Notes: generated from the letters alone by a model not told the origin. DNA of 64,000 nucleotides from Octopus vulgaris (GCA_951406725.2 OX597816.1:142848001-142912000); one strand, 5' to 3'. Shown: positions 11,492-24,520, numbered from the stretch's first letter. Program-made: numbers and translations.

Positions 11492-12952
11492 TAAGCAACT
11501 TTGTTCATATATTTACAGGTTTCAGTCATTGGACTGTGATCCTGACAAAGCGCTGCTTTCAACTTTTAGCCAATCAAATTGACCCCAGTACTTATTTTAT
11601 CAATTTTAGTTTATTGAATGGCTAAGTTTTTCTTTTTACATAAAAGAAAACGGCTTGATACAGTTTTACATCAGCATACAAACACACACATATATACCAC
11701 AATCCTATACTTCCATACACACAAACACAAACATAACAGGATCCTCTACATAGTTCTATGTGTACTAAATTCCACTCACAAGGCATTAACCATCCCCAGA
11801 AAGAGTAAGGGATACATCCCTAACATGTCTTTTACTGAGATCAAGCTTGAAATCATAGAGTACAAAGTGAAGTTCTTAACAACATGGTTAGGTTCTTTTA
11901 TTGAAGTCAGTGTGATGTAAGCTTCAATGGTTTAACTGTATTTGTGTTTGTGTAAGTTGTTCGAATTATCATTAAGTGTTTTATGGATTCATTTCAGTTC
12001 ATCACCTACCATATGTAGCAATAATGTATTTTGCCATTCTTTTGCTGTGATATTAGAGGCTAAAAGATATATTTTTAATGTTGTAAGTAATTATATCTAT
12101 GTGAGAGTCATTGAAGAGTTGTTGTTACTGGTTTACGATTGTGGGGGGTGCAGTAAGTTATAAATTGGTTGCTGTTGTTAGTGTTGTTGTTTATGCAGCA
12201 CCAGGTCAGTCCAGACTTGGCAGAACCTATGATAGGTATTCCAACTATGACTATGCTACCTATTTAGGGATATGTGGTAGTACAATCGTAAGATCATGGT
12301 TTCAATTGCTGGACCAGACAGTGCATTGTTTTCTTGAGCAAACCATTTCATTTCCTGTTGCTGCAGTCCATTTGGTTGTAAATGAGTTCCAACAATAGCT
12401 GAGCAGTTAACCTTGCAACAGAACTGTATCCTGGTCATGGGGTAGTGCTGCAATCTCAGTCATTTATCCTCTGTGGAGACCAGGTTAAGCTTCAACTTAT
12501 GAGTCCTTGAGTGCATGAAAGACCTAAGTCTTGTAGTAGTACAATATCTAATGTGTTCTATCTTTATATAGGACAGTAAAGTGAAATTTTTGGAGAAAGA
12601 TTTAGATGCTTTTCTTGTGAAGCAAAGCAACAAAGTAGAAGTATTGTCAATGGTTTGTTGCTGTTATGGTATTTGAGAACAATGTAATAATGTATTTAAA
12701 AGGAAGCCAGACAATAAGTATTCTATCGTACTCCAACAATATAATTTCAAACAGCAGACTGTGACAATAATCCACATCAAATTTGAACACATTTAATCCC
12801 CATTTGTCTGACCTCTCCAACCAACAGCAGCCATGTTTTATGGTTATTACACAACACAATCAAAAGTACTTGTCAACCGTTAAGCCTAATTTTGACAGAA
12901 TTAACATAAGTATATACATACATATAAATATTTGTGTGTGTGTGGTTGTGTG

Positions 12953-13011
<59 letters not shown>

Positions 13012-13669
13012 ATGTCTATCTCACTCTCTCTCTCTCTCTATATATATATATATGTATGTATGTTTGTATGTATGTATGTATGTATGTATGTATGTATATA
13101 CGTATGTATGTATGTATGTATGTATGTATAGGTGATTCAAGAAAATACAAAAGTGAATAATTTTAACATTACACTACTATCTGTACATTGCTCCACCATA
13201 TATTTTATGCATTATAACTTTTTATAGTTCTAAAATCCCAACACTAAGCTCTCAAAAATTGTTGGCAACCTCATTGTATCATATACTATTGTCTGTATGG
13301 ATTAAACAGACAATAATCAATAATTGGTAGAAACAATGGCTAAAATATATTTTAAAACTGTCAACAAAACACTTTATGGTTGATACAATTGTATTTCAAT
13401 TAATTCTGAATGACTTTTTTTATGTATTTGTCACAATGTCAGTGATTTCCACAGGAGGCACATAATCAACGAATCAACTCGAGTAATTGACTAGGACATA
13501 TTTTATTATGCCCAGAAGAATGAGAAAAACAAATAAAAAATACAAAGATGTGAGCTCTAAATCTAAAAGGGTAAATTTGAATACATTATTATTCACCAAC
13601 TCAAATAAGAATTTCTTTAACATTTATTTTGATCTGCGCAGAAACAAGTGCTGAATTAAATTCTAAAAT

Positions 13670-13979
13670 GTTCCAAACATGATTCTGAGTTTAGTCCTAT
13701 TGCATGGCACCTTGGGCAAATGTCTTTTACTATAACCTCAGGCCAACCAAAGCTTTGTGAGTGGATCTGGTAGACAGAAACTATAAGAAACCCTAATATG
13801 TATTTATAGGTGTGAGTGAGTATACATGTGTGTGTGTGTGTGTGTGTAAGTGTGTTACTGTCTCAATACCTTGACATTGTGTGAGTGTTGTAGACAAGTA
13901 TCATTGTTATGCAAGTTGTGTTTTTCATTTCCAATCTTCCATGAATATATAACTGGTCATGGGGAAATATTTACCTTAC

Positions 13980-14017
<38 letters not shown>

Positions 14018-14432
14018 TATCAGCATTTAACGTCTGCTTTCCATGCTAGCATGGGTTGGACAATTTGACTGAGGTCTGGCAAACCAGATGGCTGCACCAG
14101 GCTCCGATCTTGATCTGGCAGAGTTTCTACAGCTGGATGCCCTTCCTAATGCCAACCACTTTGAGAGTGTAGTTGGTGCTTTTACGTGCCACCGGCACGG
14201 GGGGCAGTCAGGCAGTACTGGCAACGGCCATGCTCAAATGGTGTTTTTTACATGTCACCTGCACAGGAGCCAGTCCAGCGGCACTGGCAATGACCTTGCT
14301 CAAATGTTTTTTCATGTGCCAGTTGGTGACAAAAATAGCTTCCAACCATAGAAAATCCAACTCAACAAATTCCATCTGGCCAATGCAAACATGGAAAAGT
14401 AGACATTAAAATGATGATGCTAATGATGATGA
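13670..14432 (+). mobile_element. Family-B-head SINE with RTE-type tail, interrupted by an antisense family-A RTE end
   Basis: Head GGCACCTTGGGCAAATGTC...GGATCTGGTAGACAGAAACT, (TG)n, body broken at 13981-14325, resuming GTTGGTGACA...CATGGAAAAGTAGACATTAAAATGATGATG. Confidence 0.7.
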
Positions 14433-15162
14433 TGACAACAACAACAATAATGATAAAGTTCTAATTATAAACCTCTTGAGGTACTGCTTCTTCAAATTAT
14501 CTCATTTGTTCATGGACAGGAAATAAATTTGACCACTCGATGATTTTCTTTCCAAGTATCTACTTTCAAATGCAAATATGTCAGTTTGTTAATATTCATT
14601 TTTGCTCAATATTCAAAATATAATTCTTTTGAGACATTTTTTTATTATTATTATTCATAGATGGACATTTCTCAATATCCTGGCAAAAATATTTCACATA
14701 TAAACAAGACTCTAAGCTAGGAGACAGTCTCATAAAATTTAATTTCTAAATTTTTAAACCAATTCCAGCACACCTACATTGGTTCAAAAAGCCTTCATCC
14801 ACATCACTCCCATCTCATTCTCTCTCTCCCTCACATGTATCATCATTATCATTATCATTGTTTAACGTCCATTTTCCATACTGGCATGGGTTGGACGGTT
14901 TGACTGAGGTCTGGAAAGCTAGCGGCTGTACCAGGATCCAATCTGATCTGGCAAAGTTTCCACAGCTGAATGCCCTTCCTAATTCCAACCACTCTGAGAG
15001 TGTTGTTGGTGCTTTTTACATGCTGGCACAGGAGCCAGCCAAGGGGCCTTGGCATCAATCACATTCAGAATAGTGCCTTTTACATGCCACCAGCACAGAA
15101 GCCAGTCAGGTGGACCTGGCATCAACCACATTCAGATGGTGCTTTTTACGTGCCACCAGCAC

Positions 15163-15193
<31 letters not shown>

Positions 15194-15224
15194 ATGGTGA
15201 TAGTGATGATGATGAGATGTAGAT

Positions 15225-15480
15225 GGTTGTTTTATTAAAACTGAAACTGAGAGTTTGTCTTGCAACTCAAGTCTTATCCCACTGCCATCTTCAGGTGAGT
15301 GTTTTTGCAACACAGTTGGCCAACGTTTTTCTAGCCTCTTCATTGGTCATTAATGTTTTTTTTTATGTAATGTTTGTATTTCTTCAAATTGTAAGTGGGA
15401 GGATGTGTTATTGATTTGTTTTGAATATGTTGATGAGTTGGTGCTGGGGTATATATGTTCTTTATTTATCTCCTGACTTA
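15225..15480 (-). mobile_element. Possible Penelope-like 3' relic with degenerate hammerhead
   Basis: Minus strand reads ...MKRLEKRWPTVLQKHS then CCTGAAGATGGCAG (CUGAAGA at 15288-15294) and AATAAA downstream; the GAAA half is decayed. Confidence 0.4.
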
Positions 15481-15721
15481 TTCATCTGACAAAGACCCAT
15501 GTATAGACAGCAAGGCAAGTTATATAGTACTGATGTTACAAAATAATCACCCAGTACACTCTGTAAAGTGGTTGGTGTTAGGAAGAGCATGAAAACTATG
15601 CCAAAAATGAGACATCAGAGGAGGACATTGTTCAATCCTGTCAAACCATCCAGCCCATCACAAGCAGTTGTAAAATGATGATGGAAGGGAAAGTGATGGT
15701 AAACGACGAAGGTGACGACAA

Positions 15722-16132
15722 CAAGGAGGGGAGGTGGACAGAAGAAGGAGGAGAGGGGAGAAGGAAGAGGGGAGAGGAGAGGCAGAAGAGGGGAGAGGAG
15801 AGGCAGAAGAGGGGAGAGGAGAGGAGGGAAAAGGGAGAGGAGAGGAGCAAGAGGGGAGAGGAGAGGAGGTGATGGGAGGGGATGGGAGGAGAAGAGGCGA
15901 GGAGGAGATGGGAGGGTAGAAAGAGGAGGGGAGAGGAAGGGGTAGGGGAGGAAGAGGAGGGGGGAGAGGAGGAGAGGCGAGGAGGAGATGGGAGGGGAGA
16001 AAGAGGAGGGGGAGGAAGAGGGGGGGAGGGGAGGAAGAGGAGGAGGGGAGGAGATGGGAGGGGAGGAGGAGGAGGAGGGGAGAGGAGAAAGAGGAGGAGA
16101 TTGGAGGAGATGGGAGGAGATAGGGTGGAGGG
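15722..16132 (+). repeat. ~410-bp polypurine (G/A) tract with short internal tandem units
   Basis: Almost only G/A, e.g. repeated GAAGAGGGGAGAGGAGAGGCA and GAGGAGATGGGAGGG. Source of the spurious Pro/Ser-rich ORFs. Confidence 0.9.
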
Positions 16133-17284
16133 TGTATGCATGTATATGCATGTATCCCTGCAGTTAGATATTGAAAGGAATTATGTGTGATGGCATGTAA
16201 TTCCATGAGACGCTGCCAATCCATGCTTACAAGGAAACTGGACATTAAATGATGATGACGATGACAATGATGATGATCATCATCATCACCATCATCGTTT
16301 AACGTTCGTTTTCTGCGCTAGCATGGGTTGGACGGTTCGACCGGGGTCTGGGAAGCCAGGGGCTGTTCCAGGCTCCAGTCTGATCTGGCAGAGTTTCTAC
16401 GGCTGGATGCCCTTCCTAACGCCAACTACTCCGTGAGTGTAGTGGGTGCTTTTTACGTGCCACCTGCACAGGTGTGTTTATGAGCAAAACACCAAAGCTC
16501 CACACAGCTCCAGCAGAAGGTAATGGTGAACTTCTGCTGACTCTTTTGCCACAACTTTCTCTCACTCTTTCCACCTACATTTCACAGCTCACCTGTGAGG
16601 GACCGGCATCCCATCCAGGTGGGGAACCTATATGCCAATGAAACAAGGAAACCAGCCCTTATGAGCCAGGCATGGCTGGAGAAGGAACAAATAATACTGT
16701 AACAGAGCTTAGATCTGTAGATTTTACCTAACTGAAACAACCTGTTACATCTTTAAACCAGAGATCAAAAGTGTCATATGAGTATCATCACCAGTGGAGA
16801 TTCCACTTAGAAAGCCATCAAAATTCTCAGATACCTGAAGGTCCATAAAAATTAGTTTAGAAAAAACACCTCTAGGAATTTGCTTAGTTAGTCCCAATCA
16901 GCCAAGTGGCCTTGGGAGTAACAATCCTACATTTCTTTTGTATGCAGTGGATCAAGAATTGTGACTCTGCGGACTACAACCTTAACCAAACAAAAACTAA
17001 TCTTATTAGTGAAACTACATTTTCTAACTTCTTGCACAAAATTTTCTGAAGGATCACAAGTCCATACCTGGTGTGTGTGTGTGTGTGTGTGTGTACACCA
17101 AATATATTCTAACTGTTTAGTTTATATCAGGCTGCACTACTAATGAAAATATCCCAACTGACACATACAAGGTATTCTCAATGTTGTTTTCTTTTACTAC
17201 ATACTCTCTTGTTTATATTAAGTTGAAGTACATCACATTGAAACAAACACATATATAAAGTGTTGTTAATATTAAATATTCTTT

Positions 17285-17710
17285 AAGGTGGCAAGCTGGC
17301 AGAAACATTAGCACGCTGGGCGAAATGCTTAGCGGTATTTCGTTTGTCTTTATGTTCTGAGTTAAAATTCTGCCGAGGTCGACTTTGCATTTCATCCTTT
17401 TGGGGTCGATAAATTAAGTACCAGTTGCGTACTGGGGTCGATCTAATCGACTGGCCTCTTCCCCCAAAATTTCAGGCCTTATGTCTAGAGTAGTAAAGAT
17501 TATTAAATATTTTAAGGCAGTGGGTTAGCAGAAATGTTAGCATGCCAGGCAAAATGCTTAGCAGTATTTTGTCTATCTTTACATTCTGAGTTCAAATTCT
17601 GCCAAAGTTGACTTTGCTTTTCATCGGGGGGAGGGGGCGATAAATTAAGTACCAGCTGTGTACTGGTGTCAATATTATTGACTGGCTCTCTCCCCTGAAA
17701 TTATTATTAC
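17285..17710 (+). mobile_element. Two tandem tRNA-derived SINEs with Nin/Deu-like central domain ('family C')
   Basis: AAGGTGGCAAGCTGGCAGAAAC..TTAGC, a B-box-like GAGTTCAAATTC, and GAGGTCGACTTTGC.TTTCATCCTTT.GGGGTCGATAAATTAAGTACCAG. Other copies: 30895-31078, 38391-38605, ~5970-6120, ~43620-43815(-). Confidence 0.75.
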
Positions 17711-17721
17711 AATTATTATTA

Positions 17722-17753
17722 TCAGTAGCAGTAGTAGCAGCAGCAGCAGCAAT

Positions 17754-17835
<82 letters not shown>
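17722..17835 (+). repeat. Compound (CAG)n-(TAG)n microsatellite
   Basis: Read directly. Confidence 0.95.
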
Positions 17836-18694
17836 AGGGTCTTCAAATATATATTTCTGACCTATTTCTAGTTCTCGTGAGATATTGGAAACCTTCCATC
17901 GAGTTTCTGCCAATTTTCCTTCTGGTTTTATTTCACTCTTTACTGGAAATATTGATTGAAATGGCTAAAGCTTTTATTAACTATTCTAAAAGTACGTCTG
18001 TTCAATTACAGCTCTGTTTTATATATCTTGGTCACTTATATGCAAGTATGAGCAAATATTTAGGCCAACAGTTATGCTTCCTCATACTCCTTTTTTAATT
18101 AAAAGTCACAAATAAAAAATCTCTATTTTTAATCATATTTTTATATCATTATCATAATTTGAATTCCATTTTTTTTTCTTAGATTTGCAAAACATGTTGG
18201 CTTTCCCTAAAACTACATCTTTCGTTATAAAATAGGCATTCTTTAAAATTATATTTTTTAATGCCAACTTCCTATTACATACATATATAAGTACATATAT
18301 ATAAATATATTTCTTTTTTGGGGAATAGTGTACCTTGAAGTACACACATAAAGCTATAAGCAATAACATGCAAATATGAGATAGAAAGAGCTGAATGCTG
18401 CCTTTAGGACTTGAGTACAAATCTCCTGTAGACATTGAACCTAAGTAATGCTTTGAATTTCTCTGTCATGGTCTTGTAGTTAGGATGTTACACTCACAAT
18501 CTTGTGATCAAGGTTTCAATTCCCAGACCAGATGGTGTTTTGTTTTCTTGAGCAAAAAACTTAATTCTTTGTTGCTCTGCAATCACTTCGACATGATGTA
18601 AGCCATACCACACATCTGTACAGACAATGTCATTTTAATGGAGGGAACGAGCTAAGGTGCAGCACAAATATTTGATTCCTATGTAGCAGAAGTG

Positions 18695-18858
18695 CAACAC
18701 CCTGGGCAAGTATCCTCAAATATAGCTCCAGGCTGACCAAAGCCTTGTGAATGAATTTGGTAAATGGAAACTGAAAGACTGTCATTATATATGTATGTAA
18801 AAACTATCATTAAACATATATCTATGTGTGTGTATTTATGTTTCTGTGTGTCTCCCTC

Positions 18859-18894
<36 letters not shown>

Positions 18895-19098
18895 GCACAC
18901 ACACACACACACACACACTGACAACTTATGCTGGTTTCTTTGCATCCCTGTAACTTAGTGTTCGGCAAAAAAAACGAAAGAATAAGTGCCATACTTAAGA
19001 AAATGAAATATAAATGCTGGGGTCAATTTATTTGACTAAAACTCTTCAAGACATTGCCCTTAGTGTGGCTGCAGTCCAATGACTGAAACAAGTAAAAG
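18695..19098 (+). mobile_element. Family-B SINE with CR1-type tail
   Basis: CACCCTGGGCAAGT...GGAAACTGAAAG, (CT)n(CA)n hinge, GTAACTTAGTG-TTCGGCAAAA...GCTGCAGTCCAATGACTGAAACAAGTAAAAG. Confidence 0.8.
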
Positions 19099-19158
19099 AC
19101 AATATATTTATCTCATTTTTTACCAACCTAATGTGGCAGTCCCATTTTGGGAATTTTT

Positions 19159-19201
19159 TGTGCCGATGAAAAGAAATAACCCTGAAACCATATGGTCCAC
19201 A
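19159..19201 (+). ncRNA. Degenerate minimal type-I hammerhead ribozyme (PLE-type) inside a short inverted-repeat element (19115-19271)
   Basis: TGTG-CCGATGA-AAAGAAATAACCCT-GAAA-CCATATGG-TC-CACA. Stem I TGTG/CACA, palindromic stem III ACCATATGGT, GUC site. Core U4>C and stem II decayed. Confidence 0.6.
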
Positions 19202-19289
19202 GATACTGCTTTGTGCTGGGTGGGAGTGCTAACCTCTAAAATGGGACTGTCACATTAGATAGATAAAAAAATCACACATATGCGTCATG

Positions 19290-19630
19290 CAGTCTACCTT
19301 TTACTCTGAGCAAGAGGCCCTTTGTCACCAGCAGAGGTAAGAGCTATCTGAACTTTATCCAGATTATTCTTATTCTAGCAGCTACACTCTCAGGGCATCC
19401 ACCCCCACTACTGACTTGGTCACCTAGGTAACGGAAGCTATCAACTACTTCTAGTTTTTCCCCCTGGCATATGACAGAAGCTGTTTTCTGCACATTTTCT
19501 GTGTTTATTGCCCCTGAGCATTTGTCACACACAAAAACTATCTTCCCAGTTAGCTTTCTTTTGATATTGCTGCACCTCTTATGTGTCCATAGCTTACACT
19601 GGGTACATCTTATGGAGTTTCTCCCTACGC
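19290..19630 (-). pseudogene. RTE LINE RT fragment with Cys/His finger
   Basis: VGRNSIRCTQCKLWTHKRCS...FVCDKC...LEVVDSFRYLGD...ARIR...KFR (ORF 19344-19760). Confidence 0.8.
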
Positions 19631-20289
19631 TTAACATAGGTGACAACATAACAAACAGCAAACAGGACAGAAACATGATACACAATTTGCAGCAGATTTC
19701 CTCATCAATCGGTTTCTGGAAAGTCATTATAGCTTCATACCCCTTTAGCAAATCCAGCAAGGTGGTACAAGGGACTTAAGCTAAAAGCATTAAGCCTCTG
19801 GGAAAAGCAAATGAATGTATACAAGAACAAACCAAGAATGGAAACAAAGAGAAAGAGAGAATTATACACACACAACAGAATGCCTTTTGGCTATACGAGG
19901 CACAGAAAATAATAGTACATTACAATTATACACAGACACACAATATATATATATACACACACATACGTATATTCATACACATACACACAAACATACATAC
20001 ATACATTCACTCAAAACACATTATACATACTATTGATTAATTAAATACCACAAAATAAATATAGGACAATGGGTAGCAGAAGTAATAGTGTATCAGACAA
20101 AATACCAACTGGTATGAGATTACATGCCACTATGTTCTGCATTCATATCACACTGAAATATGTTTTGGTTTTGTCCTATAGAAATCACTAAAATATGTAT
20201 CAATCAAATAATATGATCAATATAAGCAAATATGACCCACCCCGACCTCATGGCCTTAATCCAATAACTGAGACCAGTCAATGAATAAA

Positions 20290-20679
20290 TCTATATATAT
20301 AAAGCTGAAGTTGTCTGTGTATGGCAGGTTTGGTAGCCTTCAACTAACACTATCTCCTCCGAGACCCTGTGGCACAAGTTGACCAAAATTGAAAGTATGA
20401 TAGAAGAAGACTTTGCTCTTCCTTATGGAGAAGAAAAAATTCAAACCGGACCATGTTAACACCAAAAATTATTTACATCAAAAAGGTGCTTTTTTTCTAT
20501 GAAAATCCCTATTTTTTATGATTTTTTGACTGCTGTGTTGCCATTTTTCAGTGTATTTCAACCAGAAAAATGTTCACTTAAAGAGAATAACAAGCAAATA
20601 ATGCAACATTTTTACTTTTCAAAAATTTCAATTCTAAAGGGTCGAAACAAACCCAAGCAATGCCAGGTGATACTACTAG
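20290..20679 (+). mobile_element. Non-autonomous Helitron with the same termini as 10818-11491 but a different interior
   Basis: A|TCTATATATATAAAGCTGAAGTTG...AAACCCAAGCAATGCCAGGTGATACTACTAG|T. Confidence 0.82.
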
Positions 20680-21139
20680 TACAAGATAGATGTTAAGTTT
20701 TAAAAAATTGTATATGTGGCTTCTTTTCTCTAAATTCTGAGTTCAAATTTCACTCAGTTCCATTTGGTGTTTTGTGCTTCAGAGACCTAAAGAAGAATCA
20801 GTAATATACTGAGGACTCTTTTACTTATGAATCAACCAACTATATCCCCTCTCTGACAAAATATTCACTATATGCCTTGTCAAAACAGATTTACAAGAAG
20901 CACAAGTTATTTCAGATTCATTATTCGACATGATAACTTTTTTACAAATCCTTTTTAATTTATCATCCTCGCCATCCTCCTCCTCTGCCTCATCTTCTTC
21001 ATCATCATCATCGTCATCATCGTAGTCGTCATCATCATCATCACCATCATCACCATTATCAAAAATAACAGCCGCAGCAGTATGATTGGCAAATCAGCCT
21101 TTAATCATAAACCAATATTTTGGAAACGTCTATGTGGTT

Positions 21140-22170
21140 GTTTTCCTCCAAGAAACAATAGCCAAATCTCCCACAAATTATACCCTGCCTGCTGTCATTA
21201 AATCAAAAGGTACATTTAATATTTTATAATGTAATCCTAGATAATTCTACAAAGACAGGATGGTCACTGTTGGAACATTTTTGATCATAGGTTTACTCTG
21301 TCAACATTGATATGGGGCTAAACAATGATTAGTTGAGCCAACAAAGAAATCTTTATGCGGTTGTTCAACTTCGTAGAAATAGCAGCTAAATCTCTGTCTT
21401 AAGATTAAAAAGGAAAGGTGTTTGGATAATGTTGTCCTTGGTAGCAAGCTGGCAGATATTAGAGCATTAGATAGGCTGTCCTATGGTATTCATTGCAGTC
21501 CTCCACACTTGAAATTCAAATTCCACCAAGGTGAACTTCGCCCTTTCATTGTTTCAAGGTTTATAAATAAAACATCAGTCCAGCACCAGGAGTTGATTCT
21601 TTTCTCACTTTCTCTCTCAGAAAAATTAGCCAAGTTCATATCTGAAGAGGAATAGACTTAATCTAGTTTAAAATACCCAAGAGACACAAATATTATGATG
21701 ATGCCCTAAACTTCCTTAGGAGTTGAGGGCCTTCACCACCACCACCACCTCCACCACCAATGTCACTGCCACCACTACCACCACCACCACCACCGCCACC
21801 ACTACCACCACAACCGCCACCACTACCACTCAATACATAATGGAAACATTGTGAGAGAAAAAATTAGATGTGATGGTCATAGTTGGAATACTTTTGATCA
21901 TAGGTCTTGCTCAGGGCTAAAAACAGCAACATCCTACATTAGTTACTAATGCCATTCAAACCAATGAGGGGTCCTTTGCATGGTTACTCAACCAACAAAA
22001 AATTGCAGCCAAATCTCTCTCAAATCATAGAACTCTACATTCTTAAGTAAGGAGAACTACATTAAATTGTCCATCGTTACATACCTTTAAAATGATGGGA
22101 TGGTGATGGCTAGAATGCTATTGATCATTGGTATTCTCAGTCAGGGTTTGCCTAAGGTTAAATAACAACT
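21140..22170 (+). repeat. Cluster of an old unclassified dispersed repeat with core AGAAATAGCAGCCAAATCTC
   Basis: Core recurs at ~21150, 21375, 22000; also ~6500, 58780 (+) and ~23170, 26175, 26390, 42895, 63100 (-), with downstream GGATGGTCA...TTTTGATCATAGG. Confidence 0.6.
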
Positions 22171-22219
22171 AGACTCAGTTCTGTGTTATTCTATCAGTGA
22201 ATTTCTATCATACAAGCAA

Positions 22220-22610
22220 TTGAAATGGGTTTCCTCCAAAGGAAATATGGAATAACATTATTTGACAGGATGCATAACTTGTAGATCAGCGAGTCTCTCC
22301 AGGTCTAACCATTGCTTATCTGCATTGAGAGGTCACAGCTCCAGTGCAATGAACACGTGATTAAAATGTCACAGGAAAAAATTGCAAGAAAGTTTCTTCA
22401 AGCTGAGCCAATCAGCAGGAGACCTAGGGGTAGACCAAGAATGAGATAGTTGGATAATAATCAGTAATCTCTGTTGGTCGTGCTTGGGAATCTAGCTGGA
22501 TGTGAAAATGATGATTGCTTCTGATAGGATCCTATGGAAGAAGTGCATGAGACCTCTACTACAACAATTCTCCAGGGAATAGTGAGAGGAGAAGGTGAAT
22601 GAATGAACGG
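22220..22610 (+). pseudogene. RTE LINE 3' ORF relic (second RTE family)
   Basis: IERSQLQCNEHVIKMSQEKIARKFLQAEPISRRPRGRPRMR*LDN. Related minus-strand relic at ~44850-45290 (FNSVFMPTLTYGHESW). Confidence 0.7.
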
Positions 22611-22955
22611 AAGTTTCATCATCTTGAATTCTGACCTCACCAGTTCTTCCTGCGACTTCCTTGGTCATTCTCTGTCAAAGATATCATCTACTGACTGTGC
22701 ACAGCAGTAATTTTTCATCCCCAGAGAACAGTGTAATTGATGGAAGTGAGAGAGAGAGAGAGAGAAGTGTGCTGGGAATGTTTGAGTCAAAATGTGTTAT
22801 GTAACTAGCTACTTCTGAAAAGTAGAGGACATTGAAGTAATGGTAGGAAAGGCAGATCAAGGAGATAACATGTCTATGGAGCCAGAGGTTGATTTGAAGG
22901 AATTTGGTAGCTGTTTCTAAGCAGGCTGAATAACCACATACAGAAGTCTCCTCAT

Positions 22956-23076
<121 letters not shown>

Positions 23077-24019
23077 AGAGAGTACCATAGAAAGCAAAAG
23101 GTTCTGATCTGATTGTTGTTGCCATATGCTGTTCTATTTTTAAATACTATTGAATGTTATTTGTGAGATATTTGGCTGCTATTTCTAATAGGTTAAGTGA
23201 TTACCAAGAGGCATCACATTGGCTCATTCTGATTTGGTTTTGATTCCTGGTGGTTAGCCAATTCACTTAACTTACAATTTACTTTGATTCCAATTCACTT
23301 AACTTACAATACTAATCTTCTCTGGAAACTGTCAACTGCCACCTCACCACCTTCACCACTACCACCACCACCACCACCACCACCAATGTCACTGCCACCA
23401 CTACCACCACTACTATCACCACCACCGCCACCACTACCACCACCACTGCCACCACTACCACTCAATACATAAGGGAAACTTATTTTATCCTCCTCTTCTC
23501 CAACTCCAAGATGGAATGCTAAATCTAAATCTATCCTGTTGACATTTGAACTCTAAATGTATAGAGAACTGAATTAAATACATTTACACAGTGCTGTTTC
23601 AAACCATATCATTAATATATTGATTTCCCTAATGATTTTCATCGTTAGGGAAATCAATATATTATTGAACTATTTGTTTAGAAAATATCAAAGGAGAGTG
23701 AGAGAGAGAGTGAGTGTGTGTGTGTGTGTGTGTGTGTAACAGAGAGAAGAAAGAGTAGGGGGGGGGGGAGAAAGGTTCCCAGGCAGAAAATCTAGCAACT
23801 CCTTTTTTTTTCTTCTCAGTTGTAAACAATTAATGTTACATTATTTATGCGTTTAGGTGAAAGGCATCATTATCACACAACCTCATTTTCTCCCCCACCA
23901 CCCACCGATATGTCTTTTGTAGAAATTGATAGTGTCAGATTATTGTCCCACAGGTTTTGAGTTCAGACCATGGGATATATTTCATATAGCATATTTACAT
24001 GTTACTGGTTGGTCACAAA

Positions 24020-24520
24020 TCATCTGGGAGTGTTGCGTGAGATAGACTAGAATCCATTCAAAGGAGATGTCTATCTCTCTTCTGATGCAAGCCCCAAGGA
24101 TTTTTTATTGGTTTTCATTGGAGAAAGGTCCCTTTTACTATTTCATATCAATTTTTCCAAGCTTGCATGTGTTGTAGACTATAACTGTTGGATGCTTTTC
24201 TTTCTACTCAAATGTGAAGTGGTTTATTGAATTTCTTTCATAACTACTCAACCACTGAGTAGGGATGGGAAGTAATAGTAAAGGCCGGACAATTCAAAAG
24301 AGGAGAAGATAAACAAATACAAGAACCTGACTGACTGTTATCTGTTTGTGCTGGTTGCCATTGAGACTTCAGGTTTCTTGGATCTTGCACTACTGGTTTC
24401 CACTTCAAAATCAGGATAACTGTGACTCATCTGAGAAATGAGCCCCATGAGGTGGACTAGCTGTTACAGCAAGTGTTGCTACTCATTCTCCACAGCAATG
24501 CCTTTACAATAACATCCATG
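24020..24520 (+). pseudogene. Restriction-like-endonuclease domain relic of a CRE-like non-LTR retrotransposon
   Basis: Fragments ACVVD, EEKINKYKNL..LFVLVAIETSGFLD, LLQQVLLLILHSNA parallel the CRE C-terminal pattern WDxTCxD..KxxKY..FVPxAxETxG..RGNA. Confidence 0.5.

Noticed and set aside
15615-16245. Pro/Ser-rich extensin-like proteins (three overlapping ORFs)
   Set aside because: All three frames are open only because the polypyrimidine strand lacks stop codons.
17722-17835. Polyglutamine/polyalanine coding exon
   Set aside because: It directly follows a SINE tail and is compound with (TAG)n; no exon context.
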